Assembly: GCA_033763355.1 (NCBI GenBank) | Contig: JANRKT010000081.1 | Span: 1 to 34,857 of the forward strand | Origin: Chitinophagaceae bacterium | GTDB taxonomy: Bacteria; Bacteroidota; Bacteroidia; Chitinophagales; Chitinophagaceae | Direction of reading: 5' to 3' | DNA: 34,857 bases | Shown here: positions 9,726-17,961 of the stretch, one piece after another | Position numbering within the stretch: position 1 is the stretch's first letter | Layout of the letters: every line of letters starts with the position of its first letter | The notes under the pieces: generated by a model | Told to the model about the DNA's origin: nothing | Database searches by the model: none | The model's input: only the letters and a program-made list of their open reading frames with translations | Translations under genes and position numbers: made by a program

Positions 9726-10112
9726 TCAATACTGTCCCGTACTCAGCATTACAAGTGTGCAGGCTTCAACAGGCTTGATGTTGTTTTTTTTTGCCAGTTG
9801 GTACAGCTCTGTATTTTCAGCTCCGGGGTTAAAGATGATGCGGCGGGGTTTAAGTGAAAGAATATAATCATAATATTCCTGCTGGCGCAGGGGGTTAAGG
9901 TAAACAGTAATGGTATCAATGCCTTTCCAGTCTTTCTTTCCGGTTTCTATTTCCACACCTGCCACAGTGTTTTGTTTTTTACCGATTGCAACTACCTCAT
10001 GCCCTTTGCTTTTTAACCTGTTTAAAGCAAGATAACTGTAGCGGGAGGGGTTTGCTGATGCACCGAGGATAAGGGTTTTGTTTTTTGGCTCGCTCATAAT
10101 CAAATCTAACAC
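9726..10112 (-). CDS. CoA-binding domain protein (YccU/CoA_binding_2-like)
   Basis: 128 aa: ...KTLILGASANPSRYSYLALNRLKSKGHEVVAIG...TITVYLNP... The Rossmann-like pattern is typical of small CoA-binding proteins. Confidence 0.6.
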   Translation of the reverse strand: MLDLIMSEPKNKTLILGASANPSRYSYLALNRLKSKGHEVVAIGKKQNTVAGVEIETGKKDWKGIDTITVYLNPLRQQEYYDYILSLKPRRIIFNPGAENTELYQLAKKNNIKPVEACTLVMLSTGQY

Positions 10113-10133
10113 ATAAAGAGAGTCTAAATGAGG

Positions 10134-10640
10134 TTATTTAAAGAGCTTCATCATGGTTCCGAGAAACCAGCTTTCATCTGCCTTTACAAGTATATCAAGT
10201 GCTTTATCTGCCTGTTCACCAAATTTTTTTATCCCTGTAACAGTATCGGTAAATGTTTTGATCTCTTTGTCTTTTTTATCTCCTTCCACCTGGCTAAGCT
10301 GTCCCAATAGTTTCAGCATGGGGTCCAGTTCCCTTTTCTTTCTTTCCCGTACAATCTGTCTTGCCACTTTCCAGATGTCTTTTTCTGCGGTAAAAAATTC
10401 TTTTCTTTCACCGGGCAGTATCACCCTGTCAACAAGGGCCCAGTCAATCAGTTCACGGATGTTCATATTGGCATTGCCGCGGCTGATGTTGAGTTGTTCC
10501 ATAATGTCATCAGCGCTCAATGGGTCAGGGCTGATGAGCAGCAGGGCATGTATCTGTGCCATGGTGCGGTTGATGCCCCAATGGGTTCCGAATGCGCCCC
10601 ATGAAGCGATGAATTGTAATTTGGCTTCGTTGAGTTTCAT
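10134..10640 (-). CDS. GbsR/MarR-type winged-helix transcriptional regulator
   Basis: 168 aa. ...FGTHWGINRTMAQIHALLLISPDPLSADDIMEQLNISRGNANMNIRELIDWALV... is an HTH of the GbsR-like family common in Bacteroidota. Confidence 0.55.
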   Translation of the reverse strand: MKLNEAKLQFIASWGAFGTHWGINRTMAQIHALLLISPDPLSADDIMEQLNISRGNANMNIRELIDWALVDRVILPGERKEFFTAEKDIWKVARQIVRERKKRELDPMLKLLGQLSQVEGDKKDKEIKTFTDTVTGIKKFGEQADKALDILVKADESWFLGTMMKLFK

Positions 10641-10724
10641 GCTTCAAAATTACAATTCAATTTCGAATTTTCAAAACTTTTTGAAAATTGAATTAGTTTT
10701 GAGGCAATAAGAATGTGGCAAAAA

Positions 10725-12161
10725 TCAGAATTCCGGGCAATCCCTGTTTCTTTTTTTCAGGTCAAATGGCTTTATGCTGATGGCCATATAATACCCGCCC
10801 CTGTTAAAATCGTTCCTGCTGCTGAGGCTGCCAAAATCATGGATGCCGGCAAGTATGGGGCCGAGCCTGATGGCAGCGCCAACCATAGCCTGCCCATCAA
10901 TATTAACCATCACGGGAATATACAATCCGGCAAAAGAAGTTTCCCAGCGGGGATTGATTAAGATGTGGGCAATTTCCGAAACATGCTTAGTGGTTGTCCA
11001 ACTGTTGCCTGTAAGCGGTACAACAATTTGCGTACCGAGGTAAAGGTTATTTGAAAAACTTTTATCCGCAGTAACAATAAATTTTGCAGGCAGGGATAGT
11101 GCAAATTTTCCGGTTTGACGTGCCAGGTTGTTAACTACAGTCGTAAGCGAGTCTGTAAAATCAAGCAGGGAAAAATCTGATATGGTAGTGTAGGGAAACT
11201 TATTATCAAGAACAGTTCCTGTTATACCGGGCCGCATATTACTTGCAATGCTGCTGGCTACACCGGTTTGATAAGAAAGCCGTCCAATGTCGGTTATTGA
11301 AGCGCCTATCCTGAAATCGTACTGCGACTTGTCTTCGGTTACATAATAACCGCTTGTTCTTTTTGTTTTGTAACGTACATATTCAATGCCCAGGTCAATG
11401 CCCGGCGTGGGACCTGTACCGGATAATAATTCACTGATCACTTTACTGCGTGGAGACTGGTCATCAAAGCGCTCAATATTCCTCGAAATATGATATTCTG
11501 CAGTTACCTGTGTTAAAAAATCTTCAGGCTGCGTAACATCAGTTGAAGGAACGATGATAAAGTTTCCGATATCTGCATTAAAGCCAAAAGAACCCCTCAT
11601 CAGCTTAAGTGTGGCACCTGCAATCCATGCATCGCTTTCGGATTCGGCAACCTTTCTTCCGTAAGTAAAATATCCTTCCACCCAGTTGTTGGTTACCATC
11701 CTGCCTTCAAGCGGGTTATTGGTTTTATTCGCGGCCAGGAACTGTGCTGTATTGAGGTTGCGGGAATAAAACAACGCTGATGTATTCAACTGGCCATACA
11801 GCCGGATATTGATACCCGCCGCGATGTAACCGTTATTTTTCAGCTGTAGTACAGCATTCAGTATGCTTACTTTACTATGGCCGCGGAAAAACCTTTCATA
11901 CTGGCCTTCCTTTACTTTAATGTTATCAAGATTAAGGTTTAAGAACCCGGTTGGTATTTGCAGAAAATTATTCTTCTGAAGAAAAATATTGAAACCTGCA
12001 GCAGTAACATCCCATCGTTGCTGGTATGCAGCAAAACTTGCAGGGTTCTGGTGCACAGATAATGCCCCTGCATAAGGTGAGCCGGACAAGGCAGTGTAAT
12101 GCTGCGCTTTTGATGAAACAAAAAGAACGGTAACGGATAATATGGTTATAAATCTTTTCAG
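10725..12161 (-). CDS. Putative outer-membrane / secreted protein (possibly a FadL/PorV-like beta-barrel), with a non-canonical start
   Basis: The track ORF (TTG at 12089) is open in frame for 24 more codons upstream, encoding (L)KRFITILSVTVLFVSSKAQ, a classic signal peptide. This stretch has no ATG, GTG or TTG; the only candidate is CTG at 12159-12161, 15 nt after the stop of the upstream oxidoreductase gene. The protein ends in ...ISIKPF...F, an aromatic C-terminus. Confidence 0.45.
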   Translation of the reverse strand: MKRFITILSVTVLFVSSKAQHYTALSGSPYAGALSVHQNPASFAAYQQRWDVTAAGFNIFLQKNNFLQIPTGFLNLNLDNIKVKEGQYERFFRGHSKVSILNAVLQLKNNGYIAAGINIRLYGQLNTSALFYSRNLNTAQFLAANKTNNPLEGRMVTNNWVEGYFTYGRKVAESESDAWIAGATLKLMRGSFGFNADIGNFIIVPSTDVTQPEDFLTQVTAEYHISRNIERFDDQSPRSKVISELLSGTGPTPGIDLGIEYVRYKTKRTSGYYVTEDKSQYDFRIGASITDIGRLSYQTGVASSIASNMRPGITGTVLDNKFPYTTISDFSLLDFTDSLTTVVNNLARQTGKFALSLPAKFIVTADKSFSNNLYLGTQIVVPLTGNSWTTTKHVSEIAHILINPRWETSFAGLYIPVMVNIDGQAMVGAAIRLGPILAGIHDFGSLSSRNDFNRGGYYMAISIKPFDLKKRNRDCPEF

Positions 12162-12175
12162 TGGCTTAAAGTTTT

Positions 12176-13315
12176 TTAATAAGCGGCCCCATGTGTTTTG
12201 CGTATCAGTTTATTAATTAACGATGGAAAAGGCTTCATCGTGCTGATGAACAGGTTAGTTAAGGATGGTTTCCCAAAAAAATACTGGATGATGCGGCCGG
12301 TTTTCATCCTTGCTGCAAAAGCTGCATTCCATTGCAGTATATATTGTTCTTCCATTTCCTCCCTTGATAGTTGCCCTTCAAGGAATTGCAGTATTTGAAA
12401 AAAAGCAATTTTGGCTGCATGCAGCGCCATGCTCATCCCGTTGCCGCAGAGCGGGGTTATCATTCCGGCTGCATCCCCGGCCATCAGGATGTGGTTTTCA
12501 ATCAAAGATTTTTTTTCAAAGCTTATTTGCGCAATCGTAACGGGTTCAGGCAGCAGAAATTTTGCAGTGCTGAATATTTTTTTGAGGTGGGGGTTTTTGC
12601 ACAGTATCCTCCTTTCCATTTCAGGTATTAAGTTGCCGCAACGCCGCAGGTTTTCAGCAACTGTAAGATAGCATAAACAATACTTATTGTCTTCCACCTT
12701 TGATATGCCGCAATAACCATTGTCAAAATTATGCAATGCAATAGTGTCCGCGGGAAAATCGCATGCTATATGGTATTTAACGCCTATATAATTATTGAGT
12801 TTATTGGGCTTGTGCAGTACAAAACTCCTTTTCCATTGCACATCAAGATTGCTCTTTTTGCCAAAACTGCCGCAGCAGGCAATGACTTTATAAACGCCGG
12901 TTGCAGTTTCAACTGAAAAAAAGCCATCATGGTAAACAACGTCATTCACTTTGGTTTCTTCAAATAGCTCAACTCCTTTTTGTCTTGCTATTTTGGCCAT
13001 CAGGCTGTCTAAAAAATAACGGCTGATGCCGAAGCCGCCAAAGGGAAGGGATTGCTCAATCATTTTACCTCCCGGTGAAGACACAAGCAGCTTACTGATG
13101 TGGGGCAATTGCATGTCACTTAAGGGCACACCTAATTCTTCAAGAAAATTCCATGATTCAAAACTGATGTATTCACCACAAACGCGGTGAAAGGGGTATT
13201 TTTCCTTTTCAAATAAAATCACATCATAACCCGCATCGGCCAGTTGTATGGCTGTTGCAAGGCCTGCCAGGCCCCCGCCAATGATTGCCGCATGATATGT
13301 TTTTTCAGTTTGCAT
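12176..13315 (-). CDS. FAD-dependent oxidoreductase (geranylgeranyl-reductase-like or flavin monooxygenase family)
   Basis: N-terminal dinucleotide fold AAIIGGGLAGLATAIQLADAG, then RVCGEYIS and GDAAGMITPLCGNGM. It overlaps the methyltransferase gene by 11 nt. Confidence 0.75.
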   Translation of the reverse strand: MQTEKTYHAAIIGGGLAGLATAIQLADAGYDVILFEKEKYPFHRVCGEYISFESWNFLEELGVPLSDMQLPHISKLLVSSPGGKMIEQSLPFGGFGISRYFLDSLMAKIARQKGVELFEETKVNDVVYHDGFFSVETATGVYKVIACCGSFGKKSNLDVQWKRSFVLHKPNKLNNYIGVKYHIACDFPADTIALHNFDNGYCGISKVEDNKYCLCYLTVAENLRRCGNLIPEMERRILCKNPHLKKIFSTAKFLLPEPVTIAQISFEKKSLIENHILMAGDAAGMITPLCGNGMSMALHAAKIAFFQILQFLEGQLSREEMEEQYILQWNAAFAARMKTGRIIQYFFGKPSLTNLFISTMKPFPSLINKLIRKTHGAAY

Positions 13316-14048
13316 GGTTTACCACCAGCAGCCACCGGAAAGCCCATTGCCACTGCAGGCTGTATTTACCAATGGCAGTATGATGTAAAATATCAACCCA
13401 CTCATTTTTTGTTAACCCCCTGAGCACTGACAGCGGTGCATCATTTTTTACAAGATAAGACCTTGAAAAAACCGAGGTTAGTATTTTAATTGAATAATAG
13501 GCAACCGGGTTCCGCTGCAGATCATTAATAAAAAAACCGGCTGCAGAATTCTCCCTCATCCAGTTTATCATCTTTTCTATGTCTTTTTCATTAAAGTGAT
13601 GACAGAACAGCGAGGAAAAAATAATATCAGGTTTTTTTTCAAACACCACTTTTTCATAATCAGAGCAAACCCAGTTTATATTTTTTAAACCTGAACAATT
13701 TTCGCCTGCATAATTTATACATTCTTCTTTAATATCAATTCCGGTAAAATTGCAAACTATATTTTTTTTTGCGAGCCACCTGTCAATGGCTTTCAGGTTA
13801 TCCCCGCCACCGCAGCCTATTTCGCAAATAGTAAAAGAGGTTTCCTGTTGTGATAATAATGCACTGTTGCTGTTCAATAATTTCTTTATTCCGTTAATGG
13901 TAATGTTATGCCCGCCGAGCCACCTGTTGATGACCTCCAGCTCCTTCATGTTCTGTTTAATGTCTTCAAAAGGGATATTGTTTTTATCCAGCAGTTCTTT
14001 CCTGTATGACCTTTTTGAAAAGTTCATAACGCTGAAATTAAGAAACAT
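13305..14048 (-). CDS. Class I SAM-dependent methyltransferase
   Basis: Motif I ICEIGCGGGDN and motif II-like VCNFTGIDI. 247 aa. Confidence 0.75.
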   Translation of the reverse strand: MFLNFSVMNFSKRSYRKELLDKNNIPFEDIKQNMKELEVINRWLGGHNITINGIKKLLNSNSALLSQQETSFTICEIGCGGGDNLKAIDRWLAKKNIVCNFTGIDIKEECINYAGENCSGLKNINWVCSDYEKVVFEKKPDIIFSSLFCHHFNEKDIEKMINWMRENSAAGFFINDLQRNPVAYYSIKILTSVFSRSYLVKNDAPLSVLRGLTKNEWVDILHHTAIGKYSLQWQWAFRWLLVVNHAN

Positions 14049-14078
14049 TCTTTCAAGGGATGATGGACACGAATATAT

Positions 14079-15182
14079 TCAGAAAGAAGCCGTAAAGGTT
14101 TCCATGGTAAGACCAGGGCCAAATGCCGCAGCAAAAACTGCTTCTCCCCGGTGGGTTTCCCTGGAATGGGCAACTATTTTTGACATGATTTTTTTAAGTA
14201 CAAAAAGGATAGTGGGGGATGACATGTTGCCGTAATCTTTCAGCACGGCATAGCTTTCATGAAGCTGGCTGTTTTTCATCCCGAGGCTTTTACAAATGGA
14301 TTCGAGGATGCGTTTGCCGCCGGGATGTATGCACCAGTGCGAAATATCAGCTGCATTTTTTTTACTGTGTGCCAATGCCCTTTTCACAAGCGGTTCAAAA
14401 TCTTCTTCAATCAGGTCGGGCACATATCCGCTCAGCGTCATTAAAAAACCAGAAGAAGACAATTCCCATGCCATGTCCCTCTTTCCTTTTGTTATCACCT
14501 CCGAATAAAAGCTTTCTATCTGAAGACCGTTGCGGCTGCATTCATCTCCGGTAACACACATTGCAGCAGCGCCATCTGAAAATAATAAACCGGATGCAAT
14601 ATTGTCAACAGTTGCTTCACGCTGAAAATGCAGTGTACACAATTCCGTGCATACAATCATCACTTTAGAGGCTGTATCCGCTTTACAAATCGCATCAGCC
14701 ATTTTTAATGCATGTATAGCTGCATAACAGCCCATAAAGTTAACTGAAGTGCGGTAAATGTTTTTGGGTAAATCCATCATCTCCATTACCTGTAAATCAA
14801 GGCCCGGCGCACTCATCCCGGTGCAGCTCACTGTAATGAGGTGCGTAATATCATGGTCGTGAATAAATCCATCCATACAGTTCCTGATGGCATCTACCGA
14901 AAGTTGCGCCGCATATTTGTTGTACCATATCATTCTTTGTTCAAGGGCGGGAAATGGTTCAAGGTTTTCGCTGTGCGGGTAAAACTTCCAGTCAGGCACT
15001 TCACGGCTATAATCAGGAACTACTGAATAACGTGTGTGTATGCCGCTCTGGTTGTAAAGAAAACGAAGCTTGCGTTTATCGGCTTCATTCATGGCATATA
15101 CCTTTTGCATGAAATGAAGAATGTCTTCCTGCCGGTGACGGTAAGCTGGTATTGCCGTGCCTATTGAAATAATTTTACTCAA
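14079..15182 (-). CDS. Type III polyketide synthase (chalcone/stilbene synthase family, alkylresorcinol/alkylpyrone synthase-like)
   Basis: 367 aa. Active-site Cys context VNFMGCYAAIHAL, C-terminal AAAFGPGLTME (the GFGPG loop), and overall thiolase-fold KAS-III-like layout. The start overlaps the UbiA gene end by 8 nt. Confidence 0.85.
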   Translation of the reverse strand: MSKIISIGTAIPAYRHRQEDILHFMQKVYAMNEADKRKLRFLYNQSGIHTRYSVVPDYSREVPDWKFYPHSENLEPFPALEQRMIWYNKYAAQLSVDAIRNCMDGFIHDHDITHLITVSCTGMSAPGLDLQVMEMMDLPKNIYRTSVNFMGCYAAIHALKMADAICKADTASKVMIVCTELCTLHFQREATVDNIASGLLFSDGAAAMCVTGDECSRNGLQIESFYSEVITKGKRDMAWELSSSGFLMTLSGYVPDLIEEDFEPLVKRALAHSKKNAADISHWCIHPGGKRILESICKSLGMKNSQLHESYAVLKDYGNMSSPTILFVLKKIMSKIVAHSRETHRGEAVFAAAFGPGLTMETFTASF

Positions 15183-16038
15183 AAGCCCTCCCTGTAATTA
15201 AAACCATAAAACCAGTATTGGTACAAACAGATGCTATGATGTTCATGCGCATGGTATTGGAAAAATTGGCCTGCTTCTCATCTTTCCACACCCGTGCAGA
15301 CCATATAAAGAAATATACGGGGATTGGCGACATACAGGTTGCCAAAAGCAAAAACTTTAATTGCTGCGACTGACTGAAGAAATAATAAAACAGTAACAAC
15401 ATGGCAACTGTATAAACCAAAGCACAAAAAATAAATGTGCCCCTGTAACCCAACATATAGCTTAGCGACCTCACTTGATCTCTCCTGTCTGCTTCATGCT
15501 GATAAATCTGTGTTAAAGGGTAAAACCCGCCGATAAGTAAACTGCTTATGATGACAGGTAAACCAGGAACATCAATTGGCTTACCCGCACTGCTGCCGTG
15601 ATAAACCAGCCAGTAAGTTACTGCGCCCTGGAAAATGATTACAGTCAGGTAACCGACAAAAGGATATTTTTTTAAACGGATATTACGATTGCTATAGGCC
15701 CTTGATACGAGGATGTATGCCAATATGCCGGCAGAAAAATAAATACTTACGGGTAGTGAAAGCAAAACAGCAGCAATATCCATTGCTATGGTAACATAGA
15801 ATAACTGTTTTGTTGGCTGCATAGGGCTTTTTATTCCGCCAATGCTTTCTTCATCCCTGTCTATATAAGAATTGTAGCCATTGCTGGCGGGATAAACCAA
15901 AAGGTGGAGAATTAAAAAGACAAGTATGGCATCAGGCCAGTCAATCACAGGAACCCCGCTGAGTGCAAACAGGTAAACAGGCAATAAAAAAAAAGAGAAA
16001 TGAAAACGGAGCAACTGTATGGTAGAGGCTTTAAGCAC
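15175..16038 (-). CDS. UbiA-family aromatic prenyltransferase (integral membrane)
   Basis: 287 aa and very hydrophobic with about 8 predicted TM segments. It has an Asp-rich motif ASNGYNSYIDRDEES and a second one YQHEADRRDQ. GTG start; the first in-frame stop is 14 codons upstream. Confidence 0.6.
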   Translation of the reverse strand: MLKASTIQLLRFHFSFFLLPVYLFALSGVPVIDWPDAILVFLILHLLVYPASNGYNSYIDRDEESIGGIKSPMQPTKQLFYVTIAMDIAAVLLSLPVSIYFSAGILAYILVSRAYSNRNIRLKKYPFVGYLTVIIFQGAVTYWLVYHGSSAGKPIDVPGLPVIISSLLIGGFYPLTQIYQHEADRRDQVRSLSYMLGYRGTFIFCALVYTVAMLLLFYYFFSQSQQLKFLLLATCMSPIPVYFFIWSARVWKDEKQANFSNTMRMNIIASVCTNTGFMVLITGRAFE

Positions 16039-16179
16039 AGCGGTAAGATAAGGATTTTTGACAGGCCCGGGTTGCTTTGTTCAGTCGGTTAATCAATAAA
16101 CTGAATTCAGCTCCATATCTTGCAGGTTTGCTGATACAGCTTATATTTACGTCAATTGGTAACGAAGCAACCCCTGCTG

Positions 16180-17850
16180 ATGAAATCATTAAATCAATGG
16201 CAATACACAACGCTTATCGCAATAGCGGCTGCAGTGTTGTTTTTTCCTTTTCTCGGAGCAGTTCATTTGTTTGACTGGGATGAGATCAACTTTGCCGAGT
16301 GTGCACGGGAAATGATACTGATGGATGATTACACCCGTGTTTATGTTGACTTTAAACCTTTCTGGGAAAAACCGCCGATGTTTTTCTGGATGCAGAGCAC
16401 GGCGATGAAATGGTTTGGTATTACGGAGTTTGCCGCAAGGTTCCCCAATGCGGTATGCGGAATTGTGACACTGATAGTTGTTTTTTTATGCGGCAGTAAA
16501 ATTTATGACAAAAAATTCGGCCTGTTATGGGCAATGGCTTATGGCGGATCACTTTTCCCCAACATGTATTTCAAATCCGGCATTATTGACCCCTGGTTTA
16601 ATCTTTTCATTTTTCTTTCGTTATATTTTTTTATTCTATATCACTGGAAACGCAATGGCTTTGACAAACCGGGCCTGCAAAAAAAACCTGTTGTTTATGC
16701 AGTATGGTCTGGTGTTTTCATGGGACTTGCTATGCTGACCAAAGGCCAGGTGGCGCTGATGATTTTTTTACTGGCGCTGGGTGCGTATTTTATTTACAAC
16801 CGTTTCAGGTTTTATTTTGGATGGGGCCATGTGGTATTGTTTTTATTGGTTACTGTATTGGTTACCGCCACATGGTATGGATATGAAACCGCCAAAAACG
16901 GTCCATGGTTCATCAATGAATTTTTCAAATACCAGTACCGCCTGTTTACCACACATGATGCGGGACAGAAAGGGTTCTTCGGCTATCATTATGTGGTTAT
17001 TCTTCTTGGCTGTTTCCCTGCTTCTGTTTTTGCCATACCTTCTTTTTTCAGGAATACTTACAGCGGCAGGTTTGATAAGGATTTTAAAGTATGGATGCTG
17101 ATCCTTTTCTGGGTAGTTACCATTCTTTTTACCATTGTACAGTCACGTATCATCCATTATTCTTCCATGGCATGGTTCCCGGTTACATTTCTTGCAGCTT
17201 ATACTTTTTATAAATGGCAGTTAAAGCAAATGAACCATAAAAAGTATGCGGGTGTTATTGCAGCAATTGTCGGGGGTATCATATCGCTTGCTTTGCTTGC
17301 CATTGCCATTTTTGCTTTTAACATACGAAAACTGATACCTTATGTGAAAGATAAGTTTGCACAGGCCAACATGGAAGCTGATGTGCACTGGGGCGGATGG
17401 GAAAGTGCTGCCGGGCTGCTGCTTGTTCTTACAATTGTATGGGGCTTGCTGAACCTGAGGAAACACAATTATTATAAAACAGCAGCGATATTTTTTGGGG
17501 GCACAGCAATTGTTATTTTTCTTGCTTCTGTTATTATTGTTCCTAAAGTAGAAAGGTATTCGCAGGGCGCTGCCATTGATTTTTTTAAAGAGAGAAGGGG
17601 TGAAGACTGCTATGTTCATTTGCTGGGGTACAAGAGCTATGCCCAGCTTTTTTACACGCAAAAACCAAAGCCGGCTAACCCGGATTCTTACAGCCAGGAG
17701 TGGCTGCTTAACGGAAATATTGACAAGCCCGTTTATTTTGTTACCAAGGTTGACCGTTACCAGAACTTTCAGCAGTACACTCAGCTAAAAGAGCTGTACA
17801 GGAAAAACGGGTTTATTTTCCTCAAAAGAGAAGTTCCTCCAGGGGAATAA
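16180..17850 (+). CDS. Glycosyltransferase family 39/83 (ArnT / PMT_2-like polyprenyl-phosphate-sugar dependent transferase)
   Basis: Polytopic membrane protein. N-terminal FDWDEINFAECAREM resembles the DE..YAE..REM catalytic-loop motif of ArnT/PMT enzymes. The start was moved to the ATG at 16180 (track start is TTG at 16156). Confidence 0.65.
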   Translation: MKSLNQWQYTTLIAIAAAVLFFPFLGAVHLFDWDEINFAECAREMILMDDYTRVYVDFKPFWEKPPMFFWMQSTAMKWFGITEFAARFPNAVCGIVTLIVVFLCGSKIYDKKFGLLWAMAYGGSLFPNMYFKSGIIDPWFNLFIFLSLYFFILYHWKRNGFDKPGLQKKPVVYAVWSGVFMGLAMLTKGQVALMIFLLALGAYFIYNRFRFYFGWGHVVLFLLVTVLVTATWYGYETAKNGPWFINEFFKYQYRLFTTHDAGQKGFFGYHYVVILLGCFPASVFAIPSFFRNTYSGRFDKDFKVWMLILFWVVTILFTIVQSRIIHYSSMAWFPVTFLAAYTFYKWQLKQMNHKKYAGVIAAIVGGIISLALLAIAIFAFNIRKLIPYVKDKFAQANMEADVHWGGWESAAGLLLVLTIVWGLLNLRKHNYYKTAAIFFGGTAIVIFLASVIIVPKVERYSQGAAIDFFKERRGEDCYVHLLGYKSYAQLFYTQKPKPANPDSYSQEWLLNGNIDKPVYFVTKVDRYQNFQQYTQLKELYRKNGFIFLKREVPPGE

Positions 17851-17961
17851 AAAATAAAACACAAGCATAAAGTATTTTAAAGTGTTGGCGGGGACACAAA
17901 CACTGGCAGAAGTGGGAAATTCCTGAAAAGTACTAAGGTGTATTACAGCTGAATGTTTATG

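Noticed and set aside
10153-10710. 185-aa + strand ORF opposite the GbsR-type regulator
   Set aside because: The translation is Ser/Leu-rich and low complexity, and the opposite-strand gene has a clear HTH. Shadow ORF.
12176-13315. Calling the flavoprotein specifically an SrsC-type hydroxylase
   Set aside because: The RVCGEYI segment fits my memory of geranylgeranyl-reductase-family enzymes better than PHBH-type monooxygenases. The family assignment is left open.
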